In this document: in pieces, positions 25,664 through 34,361 of the stretch
Position numbering within the stretch: the stretch's first letter is position 1
Layout: the number at the start of each line of letters is the position of its first letter
Assembly: GCA_026395915.1 (NCBI GenBank)
Contig: JAPLXU010000013.1
Location: forward strand, 16,428 to 80,427
Direction of reading: 5' to 3'
Origin: Candidatus Nomurabacteria bacterium
GTDB taxonomy: Bacteria; Patescibacteriota; Minisyncoccia; Phycocordibacterales; UBA9973
DNA length: 64,000 nt
Program-made: the position numbers and the translations under genes
Notes under the pieces: model-generated
Told to the model about the DNA's origin: nothing
The model's input: only the letters and a program-made list of their open reading frames with translations
Databases searched by the model: none

Positions 25664-27934
25664 ATGCGACTCAAGACACTTGAAATAAATGGCTTTAAAT
25701 CTTTTGCCCAGAAAACCGTTTTGGAATTCAATAACAGCATCGTCTGCGTGGTTGGCCCGAATGGTTCTGGAAAATCAAATGTTGTAGAAGCTCTCCGTTA
25801 TGTTTTGGGCGAGCAATCTATGAAGTCAATGCGCGGAAAGTCGGGTTTAGACCTTATTTTTAAAGGCTCAAAAAGCTTGTCCAAAGGTTCACGCGCCGGT
25901 GTCACAATCTATTTTGACAATTCCGACAAGGTTTTCAAACTTTCAAATAGCGAAGGAGGGGAGATAAATTTGAATTATGAAACTGTCAGCATTTCTCGCG
26001 AAGTTTATTCTGATGGATTGAACAAGTACATTTTGAATGGCTCGGAAGTTAGGTTGAAAGATATTCACAATCTCTTGGCGTCGGTCAATATCGGTTCCTC
26101 AGGACATCACATCATTTCTCAAGGTGAGGCGGATAGAATTTTAAACGCAAACATGGTGGACAGACGTGAGATGGTGGAAGACGCGCTCGGTCTCAAAATT
26201 TATCAATACAAAATAAAAGAAAGCGAGAGGAAACTCGAGCGAACGGAAGAAAACATGAAAGAGGTGACTCTTCAACGAAGAGAAAACGCTCCGCATTTGA
26301 ATTTTTTAAAAAAACAAGTAGAGAAGTTTGAGAAAGCAAAAGAAATGCAGGCCGACTTGGCTATTTTATATAAAGAATATTTAAGCAAGGAAAGTGTTTA
26401 TCTTGAAAATGAAAAAAACACGCTATCTCTTCAAAAAGATAAACTAAAAAGTGAACTTGAAAACGTTGCAAGCAAAATTTCAGCTACTGAAGATAACAAT
26501 TCTGCCGAGGGTAATAAAAAAATAAACGCCTTGCGTGTCGTTGAAGGCAATTTGAATTCTATTCGCGGAATGAAATCTGAAATGGAGCGCAAGCTCGGCA
26601 GAATAGAAGGAATGATCGAAATGGAAACTCGCAGGGCGGAACAAAATATCGCCGTTGTTGAAATTTCACAAGAAGAAATTAAAGCCGTTATCGCCGACAT
26701 CAACAATTCTATCGATGAAGCTATTTCCAAGAATGACGTGAGCGAAGTTAAACCAATTTTGGAGCGTATCAAAAGTATCTTGAAGAAATTCTCTTCGCAA
26801 AATACAGAAAAGTCCGGCGAAAATATCGAAATAAAAAATCTTAAACAAAGCCAGCAGGAGATTCTCGAAGAGATGAAGGGGATAGAGAGCAAGGAAAAAG
26901 ATATTGCAAAATCAGCAGAACTGCTCAAACAAGAAATAAACAAAGAGATGGAAGCCTTGCGGGATCTCGAACGAGAGAAATTCACTTGGAAGGTCAGGCA
27001 ACAAGAGTTGTCTTCTGCTTTAGAACTTACAGCGATCAAAGAAGGGAATCTAAAAAGCCGAACCGAAGCTTTTCTTAATGAGATAAAAGAAGGTGTGGCG
27101 CTGATCGGGCAAGAGATTTTGGCTTACAAAGATGAAGTTGCGGAAGCCTTGCTTCCGCCAGCTGGCGGAAGCAAGGCTTCCGCAACAACTCAAGAAGAAT
27201 TGAAACGCAAAATTGAAAGGATAAAAATAAAATTGGAAGATGCCGGCCTCGGCAGTGGCGCGGAAGTCCTGAAAGAATTCAAAGAAGTTTCGGAGAGGGA
27301 TGGATTTCTGGCTAAAGAAATGGAAGATTTAGCGAAAAGCATAGAGTCATTGGAAAAATTAATCGCAGATCTCAAAGAAAAAATAGATTTGGAATTCAAA
27401 GAAGGCGTTAGAAAAATCAATGTGGAATTTCAGGAATTTTTCTCTCTAATGTTCGGCGGGGGAACAGGTTCTCTTTCTATCGTGGTTGAAAATAAGAAGA
27501 AAAGGAAAAACGAGTTTGAAGAGGATGAATCTGTCGACGTCGAAAGCTCTGGCGAGTCGAAGGAAGAAATCGTGTTTGAAAAGGGGATAGAAATAAATGT
27601 TTCTCTTCCGCACAAGAAAGTCAAAGAGCTCAATGCTTTTTCAGGGGGAGAAAGATCGCTCACTTCCATCGCGCTTCTTTTTGCCATGTCGCAAGTCAAT
27701 CCGCCGCCATTTCTCGTTTTGGACGAGACCGATGCGGCGCTCGACGAAGCAAACTCTCGCAAATATGGAGACATGCTTGAGAAGTTGTCCAAACATTCAC
27801 AGCTCATCGTCGTCACCCACAATCGTGAGACGATGTCTCGAGCGGGTGTGCTTTATGGAGTGACGATAGGAAGCAACGGAGCCTCAAAACTTCTTTCTGT
27901 GAAATTCGACGAAGCAACTGCTATCGCGAAATAA
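25664..27934 (+). CDS. smc: SMC-family ATPase (short, 756 aa)
   Basis: GFKSF, GPNGSGKSN, IISQG, FSGGERS, LDETDAALD, VVTH; coiled-coil middle. Confidence 0.88.
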   Translation: MRLKTLEINGFKSFAQKTVLEFNNSIVCVVGPNGSGKSNVVEALRYVLGEQSMKSMRGKSGLDLIFKGSKSLSKGSRAGVTIYFDNSDKVFKLSNSEGGEINLNYETVSISREVYSDGLNKYILNGSEVRLKDIHNLLASVNIGSSGHHIISQGEADRILNANMVDRREMVEDALGLKIYQYKIKESERKLERTEENMKEVTLQRRENAPHLNFLKKQVEKFEKAKEMQADLAILYKEYLSKESVYLENEKNTLSLQKDKLKSELENVASKISATEDNNSAEGNKKINALRVVEGNLNSIRGMKSEMERKLGRIEGMIEMETRRAEQNIAVVEISQEEIKAVIADINNSIDEAISKNDVSEVKPILERIKSILKKFSSQNTEKSGENIEIKNLKQSQQEILEEMKGIESKEKDIAKSAELLKQEINKEMEALRDLEREKFTWKVRQQELSSALELTAIKEGNLKSRTEAFLNEIKEGVALIGQEILAYKDEVAEALLPPAGGSKASATTQEELKRKIERIKIKLEDAGLGSGAEVLKEFKEVSERDGFLAKEMEDLAKSIESLEKLIADLKEKIDLEFKEGVRKINVEFQEFFSLMFGGGTGSLSIVVENKKKRKNEFEEDESVDVESSGESKEEIVFEKGIEINVSLPHKKVKELNAFSGGERSLTSIALLFAMSQVNPPPFLVLDETDAALDEANSRKYGDMLEKLSKHSQLIVVTHNRETMSRAGVLYGVTIGSNGASKLLSVKFDEATAIAK
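27137..27186. repeat. Perfect 50-bp palindrome (REP doublet) inside smc
   Basis: gttgcggaagccttgcttccgccag|ctggcggaagcaaggcttccgcaac. Confidence 0.92.
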
Positions 27935-27963
27935 GAACTACGGAGGCGTTGCCTCCGTAGTTC
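27935..27963. repeat. REP-like hairpin downstream of RAYT1
   Basis: gaactacggagg-cgttg-cctccgtagttc (12-bp stem, 5-nt loop). Confidence 0.85.
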
Positions 27964-27971
27964 GGCTACAA

Positions 27972-28607
27972 CTAATTATTATCAAAGTTAAGCCATTCAA
28001 ATAGCTCTTTTTTGTGATCGTCAGGATTTTTAAAATATTCAGGGAATTGAGAAGGATTTATAATTTTGAACTTTTTGTCTTTATATTCTTTTAAACTTGA
28101 ATATGAGTAAGAAAAAACATATTTTAGTAAATTTGCTACATTTCGATTTTTATTTTCTTTCCAGTTTTTATCTATTAGTTTTGCCGGATTTAAATGTATG
28201 TATGAATAAAGATATTTTAAATAATTATCACTGTTTGCGTGGATTGATTTGAATACACTCTCGTACAATTTTCCGGTCCTCTCATATTTTTTATTGAAAT
28301 ACATTGAATAACTGGTCATAAGTTTAAGCATATATTTTGAGATTCCGTGTTCTATTTTCTCATGAACCAGAATGTGAAAATGATTAGGCATTAGACAATA
28401 TGTTCCAATATCAATAATAGTTTCCCCACGATCAAAATTCTCGCCAATATTTCTTAATTCTATACTTTTTGCTGTGTTGCAGATGTACATTAAAAATAGG
28501 AAGTGCTTATGGTCCTGTTCATCCAGAAATATTGTTCTTTTTTCTGTACCACGATTATATAAATGATAATACTCACCTGGAGCAAAAACTTGTTTTCGTA
28601 AAGTCAT
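27972..28607 (-). mobile_element. REP-associated tyrosine transposase (RAYT/TnpA-REP-like, Y1 HUH), RAYT1
   Basis: YYHLYNRG, YCLMPNHFHIL (HUH), YIHLNP, YSSL; flanked by matching hairpins. Confidence 0.88.
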
Positions 28608-28631
28608 GTATAAAGTATAGCAAATAACTAC

Positions 28632-28652
28632 TACGGAGGCAATGCCTCCGTA
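28632..28652. repeat. REP-like hairpin upstream of RAYT1
   Basis: tacggagg-caatg-cctccgta, same stem as 27935-27963. Confidence 0.85.
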
Positions 28653-28665
28653 TGTTCTCCGTATG

Positions 28666-29673
28666 TTATTTCACTTTTTCTTCTTTACCTTGAATTATTT
28701 TTTCCGGCTGGAAAACGGAATTTAGTTGCACGGTGTCTTTTTTTACTGTCATTGAACCATCTTTGTTCAATCTCACTTCGAGGAGCATTCCTTTCATCGT
28801 CGGCGCGCTCCAAGATTGATCAAAAATAAAGTTACCGAGAGAATAAGCGATGAAACTCGCGCACGAACTTTGAGTGCAATCTTTTCTGCTGTAAACTTCC
28901 GTGTCTTCCACGACGTGTGGATGAGTTCCGATAATAATTTTCGCGCCGTCATCGACTGCACGATGCGCGAGGTATTCTTGTCTCGCATTGTGTTTCGGTT
29001 TATATTCATCGCCAAAATGAAATGCGACGACGAGATAATCGACTTGTTTTGTCGCATTTTTTATTATTTCGTCAAAACGCGGATCGCTCGCCAAGAGGAT
29101 TCCATTTTGTTCGGCAGTTGCTTTCATCCAATTTGGATCGACGTCAGAGAAGCCAAGAAATCCTATTTTCATTCCGTATTTTTCAACAATAACTGGCGTT
29201 TCCGCTTCGATATTATTTTGTCCTCCACCAGTGTAGGCTATTTCATTCTCTTTTAAACGCGAAAGGGTGTCTGCAAAAGCAAGACGACCCCAATCTCCGA
29301 CATGATTGTTTGCTACAGATAAAACGCTTATGCCCGCGCCTTTCAAAGCAGGAATTGTTTCGGGATCCATTCTGAAAGAATAAAGATTGTGCATGTCACT
29401 GCCTTGGTCCGAAGCGGTACCTTCTAAATTTGCAAAAGCGATGTCAGAATTTTTGAATTCGTCCACGTTTTCAAAAAGCGCCGAGTAATCGTTGCTGAAA
29501 TTTTTTACGACTGATTTTCTCACTCCGCGGTCAAGCATTATGTCGCCCCCGAAGGCGAGCGTTACAAATTCAGGAGCTTTGACTTCCGGTATTACAACTT
29601 TTTCTTCTACTAAAAAATAAACGGGGAAAAGTATTACAATAACAATAAAAAATATATAAAGAAATTTTTTCAT
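28666..29673 (-). CDS. CapA-family metallophosphatase-like protein
   Basis: GDIMLDR, ANLEG, ANNHVGD, HFGDEY, GTHPH, YSLGNFIFDQ; N-terminal TM. Confidence 0.9.
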   Translation of the reverse strand: MKKFLYIFFIVIVILFPVYFLVEEKVVIPEVKAPEFVTLAFGGDIMLDRGVRKSVVKNFSNDYSALFENVDEFKNSDIAFANLEGTASDQGSDMHNLYSFRMDPETIPALKGAGISVLSVANNHVGDWGRLAFADTLSRLKENEIAYTGGGQNNIEAETPVIVEKYGMKIGFLGFSDVDPNWMKATAEQNGILLASDPRFDEIIKNATKQVDYLVVAFHFGDEYKPKHNARQEYLAHRAVDDGAKIIIGTHPHVVEDTEVYSRKDCTQSSCASFIAYSLGNFIFDQSWSAPTMKGMLLEVRLNKDGSMTVKKDTVQLNSVFQPEKIIQGKEEKVK

Positions 29674-31709
29674 ATCAAAACATATTCTATCGTCTTTCGT
29701 TCCAAATCAACTCCTTTCACTTTTATTTTGACTCGATCACCCAAGCGATATCTTTTTTTATTTTTTTGTCCAACTAATTCCAATTTCTTTTCATTGAAAA
29801 TATAAAAATCGTCTTTGAGATCTCGCACACGCACCAAGCCTTCACATTTTGTTTCTGCCTCCTCGACATAGAAACCCCATTCCGTGATTCCGCTTATTAT
29901 TCCCTCGAAACTTTCTCCTAAACGTTTAGACATGTATTCTGCTTGTTTGTATTTTATAGATGCTCGTTCGGCATCGGAAGCGCGTTTTTCTTGTTCGGAT
30001 GAAATTCGTGCGATTTTTTCATATTCAAACATGCGTTCTTTGCCGACTTTTTTACCAGACAAATAATTTGTAAGTAGTCTGTGCACTATTATGTCCGGAT
30101 ATCGCCTAATCGGGGAAGTGAAGTGCGTGTAATGAGAAAAGGCTAGACCGTAGTGCCCGATATTTTCTGTGGAGTAGATCGCTTTTGCCATAGACCTTAT
30201 GACTGCTCTGTTGACCGTATTTTCTTCAGTTTTTCCTTCCAATTTTTTGAGGAGATTATTTATCTCATGACTGGGGATGATTCCGTTTACCAAGGATATC
30301 TTGTGTCCCAAGCTTCGCAGGAAGAATGCCAAGTCGTGCATCTTTTCTTTGCTTGGAAGATCGTGAATGCGGTACAAAGAAATGCTTTCATCTTTTTTAT
30401 CTTTCATTTTTTTTGGAGACAAAACCTGCGCCACTTTTTTGTTTGCTAAAAGCATAAATTCTTCAACCAATCTGTTTGAATCGCCTCGTTCTTTGGTGAT
30501 TACTTTTGTCGGGACTCCATCTTTGTCCAATACGAATTTCACTTCTTCTTGTTCGAGCGATATAGCGCCTTGCGCGAATCTTTCTTTAGTAAGTTTTTTA
30601 GCCAGATCATTTAATATCGACAATTCTTTGTGAAATGGCGCTTCTCTATTTTTGATTGATTCTTCTGCTTCCTCATAGGTGAATCTTTTTTGAGAATGAA
30701 TAACTGTGCGTCCGAACCATTCACTTTTAATCTTGGCATTTTTATCCACGACAAAAACCGCGCCCATCGTGAGTCTGTCTTTGTTCGGCACCAAACTACA
30801 CAAATCGTTCGAAAGTTCTTCCGGTAGCATAGGTATCGTCCTATCCACCAAATACACCGAGGTCCCGCGTTCGCGAGCTTCGAGATCAAGCGCGCTACCT
30901 ATTTTCACATAGTGCGAAACATCAGCGATATGAATGCCGATTTCATAGAGATCTTCTTCTACATAAACCTGCTTTTTTTCAGGTCCTCGGTTCTCCGGGG
31001 CCCCGACCCCGGCCAGACCATGAAAAAAAGCAGGTTTATGTTTCAGACCACAAAACGAAATTGCATCGTCGAAATCTTTTGCGTCAGATGGGTCGATAGT
31101 GAATGTCAAAGTTTTTCTAAAATCTCTGCGTCCCGCATAATCGCTTTCCTTTATACCTTGCCTTTTTATCTCCAAAGCTTCGTGCTCCACATTTTTTGGC
31201 AGTTCCGAATCGAAACCTTTTTCTATGGCGATAGCATGCATTTCGACGTTATTATCTCCCGGATTTCCCAAAATTTTAATAACTTTTCCTTCCGGCATTT
31301 TTCGGGAGTCAGACCAAGAAATTATTTCCACGAAAACTTTCTGACCAACCCTTGCGCCGTTTAACATATTTTCTGATACCAATATATCTATGTACATTTT
31401 CGGATCGTCAGGATTCAAGGAAAAAATATGGTTCTTTGATTCTAATATTCCAACAAAACGCATTTTAGCGCGAGTGATTATTTTTGTTACTTCAGCAGTC
31501 TGTCTTGACTTACCTTTTGAATGCAAAACAATTTCCACCATGTCTCCATGCAAAGCAGTATTCAAATGCTTGAAATCAACTTCAGGATCTTGTTTATCTT
31601 TCTTATTTCCAGTTCCAATAGCGACATATCCAGTGCCTTTTCCTGAAATGGAAATAATGCCCTGCAATCTATTTATTTTCGCTTCTTCATGTCTTCTTTG
31701 GTGTTTCAT
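29670..31709 (-). CDS. rnr: Ribonuclease R
   Basis: TIDPSDAKDFDDA, HIADV, HFTSPIRRYPD, S1 domain; start moved to the ATG of MKHQRR. Confidence 0.93.
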   Translation of the reverse strand: MKHQRRHEEAKINRLQGIISISGKGTGYVAIGTGNKKDKQDPEVDFKHLNTALHGDMVEIVLHSKGKSRQTAEVTKIITRAKMRFVGILESKNHIFSLNPDDPKMYIDILVSENMLNGARVGQKVFVEIISWSDSRKMPEGKVIKILGNPGDNNVEMHAIAIEKGFDSELPKNVEHEALEIKRQGIKESDYAGRRDFRKTLTFTIDPSDAKDFDDAISFCGLKHKPAFFHGLAGVGAPENRGPEKKQVYVEEDLYEIGIHIADVSHYVKIGSALDLEARERGTSVYLVDRTIPMLPEELSNDLCSLVPNKDRLTMGAVFVVDKNAKIKSEWFGRTVIHSQKRFTYEEAEESIKNREAPFHKELSILNDLAKKLTKERFAQGAISLEQEEVKFVLDKDGVPTKVITKERGDSNRLVEEFMLLANKKVAQVLSPKKMKDKKDESISLYRIHDLPSKEKMHDLAFFLRSLGHKISLVNGIIPSHEINNLLKKLEGKTEENTVNRAVIRSMAKAIYSTENIGHYGLAFSHYTHFTSPIRRYPDIIVHRLLTNYLSGKKVGKERMFEYEKIARISSEQEKRASDAERASIKYKQAEYMSKRLGESFEGIISGITEWGFYVEEAETKCEGLVRVRDLKDDFYIFNEKKLELVGQKNKKRYRLGDRVKIKVKGVDLERKTIEYVLI
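30961..31041. repeat. 81-bp palindromic element inside rnr
   Basis: Perfect 21-bp inverted repeat acataaacctgctttttttca / tgaaaaaaagcaggtttatgt with a GC-rich inner hairpin. Confidence 0.9.
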
Positions 31710-31775
31710 TCCTTTTAATATAGCATAAAAGTGCAAATACTTTGCTTTTTTTAGTTTTTATGTTAGGCTATGCCT

Positions 31776-32096
31776 ATGTTAAAAATAAGATTACAGAGAA
31801 TAGGCAGGAAGAACGATCCATCTTTTCGGGTGGTTTTGACTGATTCTAAAAACAGCACCAAGAGCGGAAGGTTTTTGGAATTGCTCGGCACTTATAACCC
31901 AAAGGCCGTAGATAAGAAAACAAGGACGAGTTTTGTTGATGACAGAATAAAATACTGGATGTCGCAAGGAGCGAAATGTTCAGACACAATGCACAATTTT
32001 TTAGTACAAGGCAAAATCATAGAAGGCAAGAAAATAAACGTTCTCCCAAAGAAAAAACCAACGGTAAAAAGAAAAGAATTGAAAGCTAAAAAATAA
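31776..32096 (+). CDS. rpsP: 30S ribosomal protein S16
   Basis: MLKIRLQRIGRKN..GRFLELLGTYNP..WMSQGA. Confidence 0.95.
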   Translation: MLKIRLQRIGRKNDPSFRVVLTDSKNSTKSGRFLELLGTYNPKAVDKKTRTSFVDDRIKYWMSQGAKCSDTMHNFLVQGKIIEGKKINVLPKKKPTVKRKELKAKK

Positions 32097-32203
32097 CTTG
32101 CCTCGCTGTGGTGAGGTAGAGTATAATTACAGGTAGAGCAGTATTTCAGGTCGTAAAACTGCCAAGATATTAAATTAAAAATTAAAATAATCCTGAAACA
32201 CAT

Positions 32204-32548
32204 ATGGAAGAAGCAGACAAGGTATTTTTGGAATATGTAGTGAAGGCTCTCGTTGACAATCCGAACGATATAAAAATCGATCGCACTGTTGACGAAATGG
32301 GAGTGCTTATCAGTCTCACTGTGAATCCTGCCGACATGGGCAAGATTATCGGAAGAATGGGAAACACTGCCAAAGCTATTCGCACTCTTCTCCGAATCAT
32401 CGGTATGAAGAACAATGCTCGCGTGAATTTGAAAATCAACGAGCCGGAAGGAAGCACGAGACCTGAGAGGTCCATGGGCGCAAGTAGCGTTGCTCCTTCT
32501 TCGCTGAAGACTGTTGACCAAGCGATGGAAGACCTTAAGGGTATATAA
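32204..32548 (+). CDS. khpA: KH-domain RNA-binding protein (KhpA-like)
   Basis: LVDNP, DMGKIIGRMGNTAKAIRTLL; located after rpsP. Confidence 0.88.
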   Translation: MEEADKVFLEYVVKALVDNPNDIKIDRTVDEMGVLISLTVNPADMGKIIGRMGNTAKAIRTLLRIIGMKNNARVNLKINEPEGSTRPERSMGASSVAPSSLKTVDQAMEDLKGI

Positions 32549-32597
32549 TTAGTTTCTTCCAGATAGTGCTTAAGTACTATCTGGCTAGGTTCTAGTG

Positions 32598-32623
32598 AAA
32601 GGCCCAGAGCAATCTGGGCTTTT
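32598..32623 (+). terminator. Probable intrinsic terminator after khpA
   Basis: aaaggcccaga-gcaa-tctgggctttt. Confidence 0.6.
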
Positions 32624-32639
32624 CGTTTGCTTTTTTATA

Positions 32640-32670
32640 CTAGAAGCTATAACCTAGAAGCTATAACCTA
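32640..32670. repeat. Heptamer tandem repeat upstream of trmD
   Basis: (ctagaag-ctataac)x2 + cta. Confidence 0.7.
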
Positions 32671-32674
32671 ATTT

Positions 32675-33367
32675 ATGCGTTTTCATATAATCACAATTTT
32701 TCCGGAGATTTTCGATTCATACATTCATGAATCTATTTTAGGGCGGGCGATAAAAAACAAACTTGTAGAAATGAAATTTTACAATCCGCGAGATTTTGTT
32801 AAAGTGCCGAAGAATAAAAATCAGAATAATTATAAACCGGTGGATGACAGACCATATGGTGGGGGACCGGGCATGGTGATGAGAGCCGAGCCGATTTTGT
32901 CTGCCGTCGCCAAAGCTATGACGGACAAGAAAGTTAAAAAAGGCAAAGTTAAAATTATTATTTTTTCCCCCTCAGGAAAAAAGTTTGATACGGCTTACGC
33001 AAAAAAATCTGCGCAAAAATACACGGACATTGTCCTAATTTCTGGACGTTATGAAGGCATAGATGCCCGAGTGCAAAAGATTTTACGCGCGGAAGAAATT
33101 TCAATAGGCGATTATGTGCTGACTGGCGGTGAACTTCCAGCGATGGTTTTGATAGATTCTATTTCTCGTCAAATTCCGGGAGTTTTAGGCAAGTTTGAGT
33201 CTCTAGAAGAAGAAAGAGTTTCCAGTAGTGAAGTTTACACCCGTCCGGAAATTTTGAAATATCCCTTCGGCAAGGCTCAGGGTAAAAATTATAAAGTTCC
33301 AAAGGTCTTATTGTCAGGCAATCACAAGCTTATTGAAAACTGGAAAAAATCTAAAGGTAACTTGTAG
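32675..33367 (+). CDS. trmD: tRNA (guanine-N1)-methyltransferase
   Basis: VDDRPYGGGPGMV, GRYEGIDAR, SIGDYVLTGGE, YTRP, VLLSGNH. Confidence 0.96.
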   Translation: MRFHIITIFPEIFDSYIHESILGRAIKNKLVEMKFYNPRDFVKVPKNKNQNNYKPVDDRPYGGGPGMVMRAEPILSAVAKAMTDKKVKKGKVKIIIFSPSGKKFDTAYAKKSAQKYTDIVLISGRYEGIDARVQKILRAEEISIGDYVLTGGELPAMVLIDSISRQIPGVLGKFESLEEERVSSSEVYTRPEILKYPFGKAQGKNYKVPKVLLSGNHKLIENWKKSKGNL

Positions 33368-33404
33368 TGTTTGTTTTTTGGAATTATGGTATGATAAAAA
33401 GCGT

Positions 33405-33809
33405 ATGATAATAAATGATGAGCAAAAAAATAGTGTCCAAACAGTGGCCGAAAAATACGGTCTGGATTTGTTGATGCTATTTGGTTCATACGCCGAAGAC
33501 AGGAATACAAAAAATAGCGATATTGACATTGGTTATCTAAAAAGTGAAAGGCTTTCTTTTGATGCCGAGATAGAACTTGCATCTCTATTTCAAACTATTT
33601 TCAAAATAAAACGGGCGGATATCGTGTATATTCCAAGCTCTTCGCCATTGTTTATGTATATGATTTTGCAAAAAGGCAAGATTTTATTTAAGCGAAATTT
33701 AACACTTTTTCCAAACATATACACATACGCGCTGAAACGATTTGAGGATAATAAACCTTTATATAAAGCGCGTTTTGATTATTTGTGCAAGCAATATCAA
33801 GTGGTATAA
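33405..33809 (+). CDS. Minimal nucleotidyltransferase (MntA-like antitoxin)
   Basis: FGS-x10-DID motif; paired with the downstream HEPN gene. Confidence 0.85.
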   Translation: MIINDEQKNSVQTVAEKYGLDLLMLFGSYAEDRNTKNSDIDIGYLKSERLSFDAEIELASLFQTIFKIKRADIVYIPSSSPLFMYMILQKGKILFKRNLTLFPNIYTYALKRFEDNKPLYKARFDYLCKQYQVV

Positions 33810-33827
33810 TATAAAACATAAAAAAAT

Positions 33828-34250
33828 ATGACCATCAGTCAAATTTTTATAACAGAAAAAGCGCGTTTGTTAAAAGAGTACATTCAAAAATCCAAAGATA
33901 TTTTTGGGATGGTTTCAGATGATAAGATTATTCTTGGATCGGACAATGTCTATGTTTTAGAACGGATGTTTCAGCTTGCCGTGGAAGTGGTGATTGACAT
34001 TAATAATTATTTAATAAAAGAACTTGATATCGAACCGGCGGAAGATATAGAGGGGACATTTCAAACTTTGGCTAGGAAAGATATTCTGCCTATGGATTTT
34101 GCCGTTAAAATTAGTCCGACAGTAGGGTTGCGAAATAAACTGGTTCATGTTTACGAAAAAGTGGACAGAGCTTTTTTTGTTAGCAATTTCAGAAAAAATG
34201 TCGATGATTTTGATAAATATATTTCGTATGTTTTAAAATTTGTGAAATAA
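33828..34250 (+). CDS. HEPN/DUF86 RNase toxin (HepT-like)
   Basis: GLRNKLVHVY Rx4H motif; ERMFQLAVE. Confidence 0.85.
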   Translation: MTISQIFITEKARLLKEYIQKSKDIFGMVSDDKIILGSDNVYVLERMFQLAVEVVIDINNYLIKELDIEPAEDIEGTFQTLARKDILPMDFAVKISPTVGLRNKLVHVYEKVDRAFFVSNFRKNVDDFDKYISYVLKFVK

Positions 34251-34287
34251 AAATATGTATGATTCAAAAAATATGTCAGCATTTTAC

Positions 34288-34308
34288 GAGAGAGAGAGAG
34301 AGAGAGAG
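34288..34308. repeat. (GA)10G microsatellite at the 5' end of the surface-protein gene
   Basis: gagagagagagagagagagag, 21 nt. Confidence 0.9.
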
Positions 34309-34361
34309 TAAATCTCGCTCCGCGGAAGTTTAATTTTGGTTTCGTTAAGACCATTGCGGTT

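Noticed and set aside
31892-32521. 209-aa minus-strand ORF and similar long antisense ORFs (3505..4107, 4507..5139, 38112..38759, 18502..19083)
   Set aside because: Shadow frames of well-supported genes on the opposite strand, with no recognisable motifs
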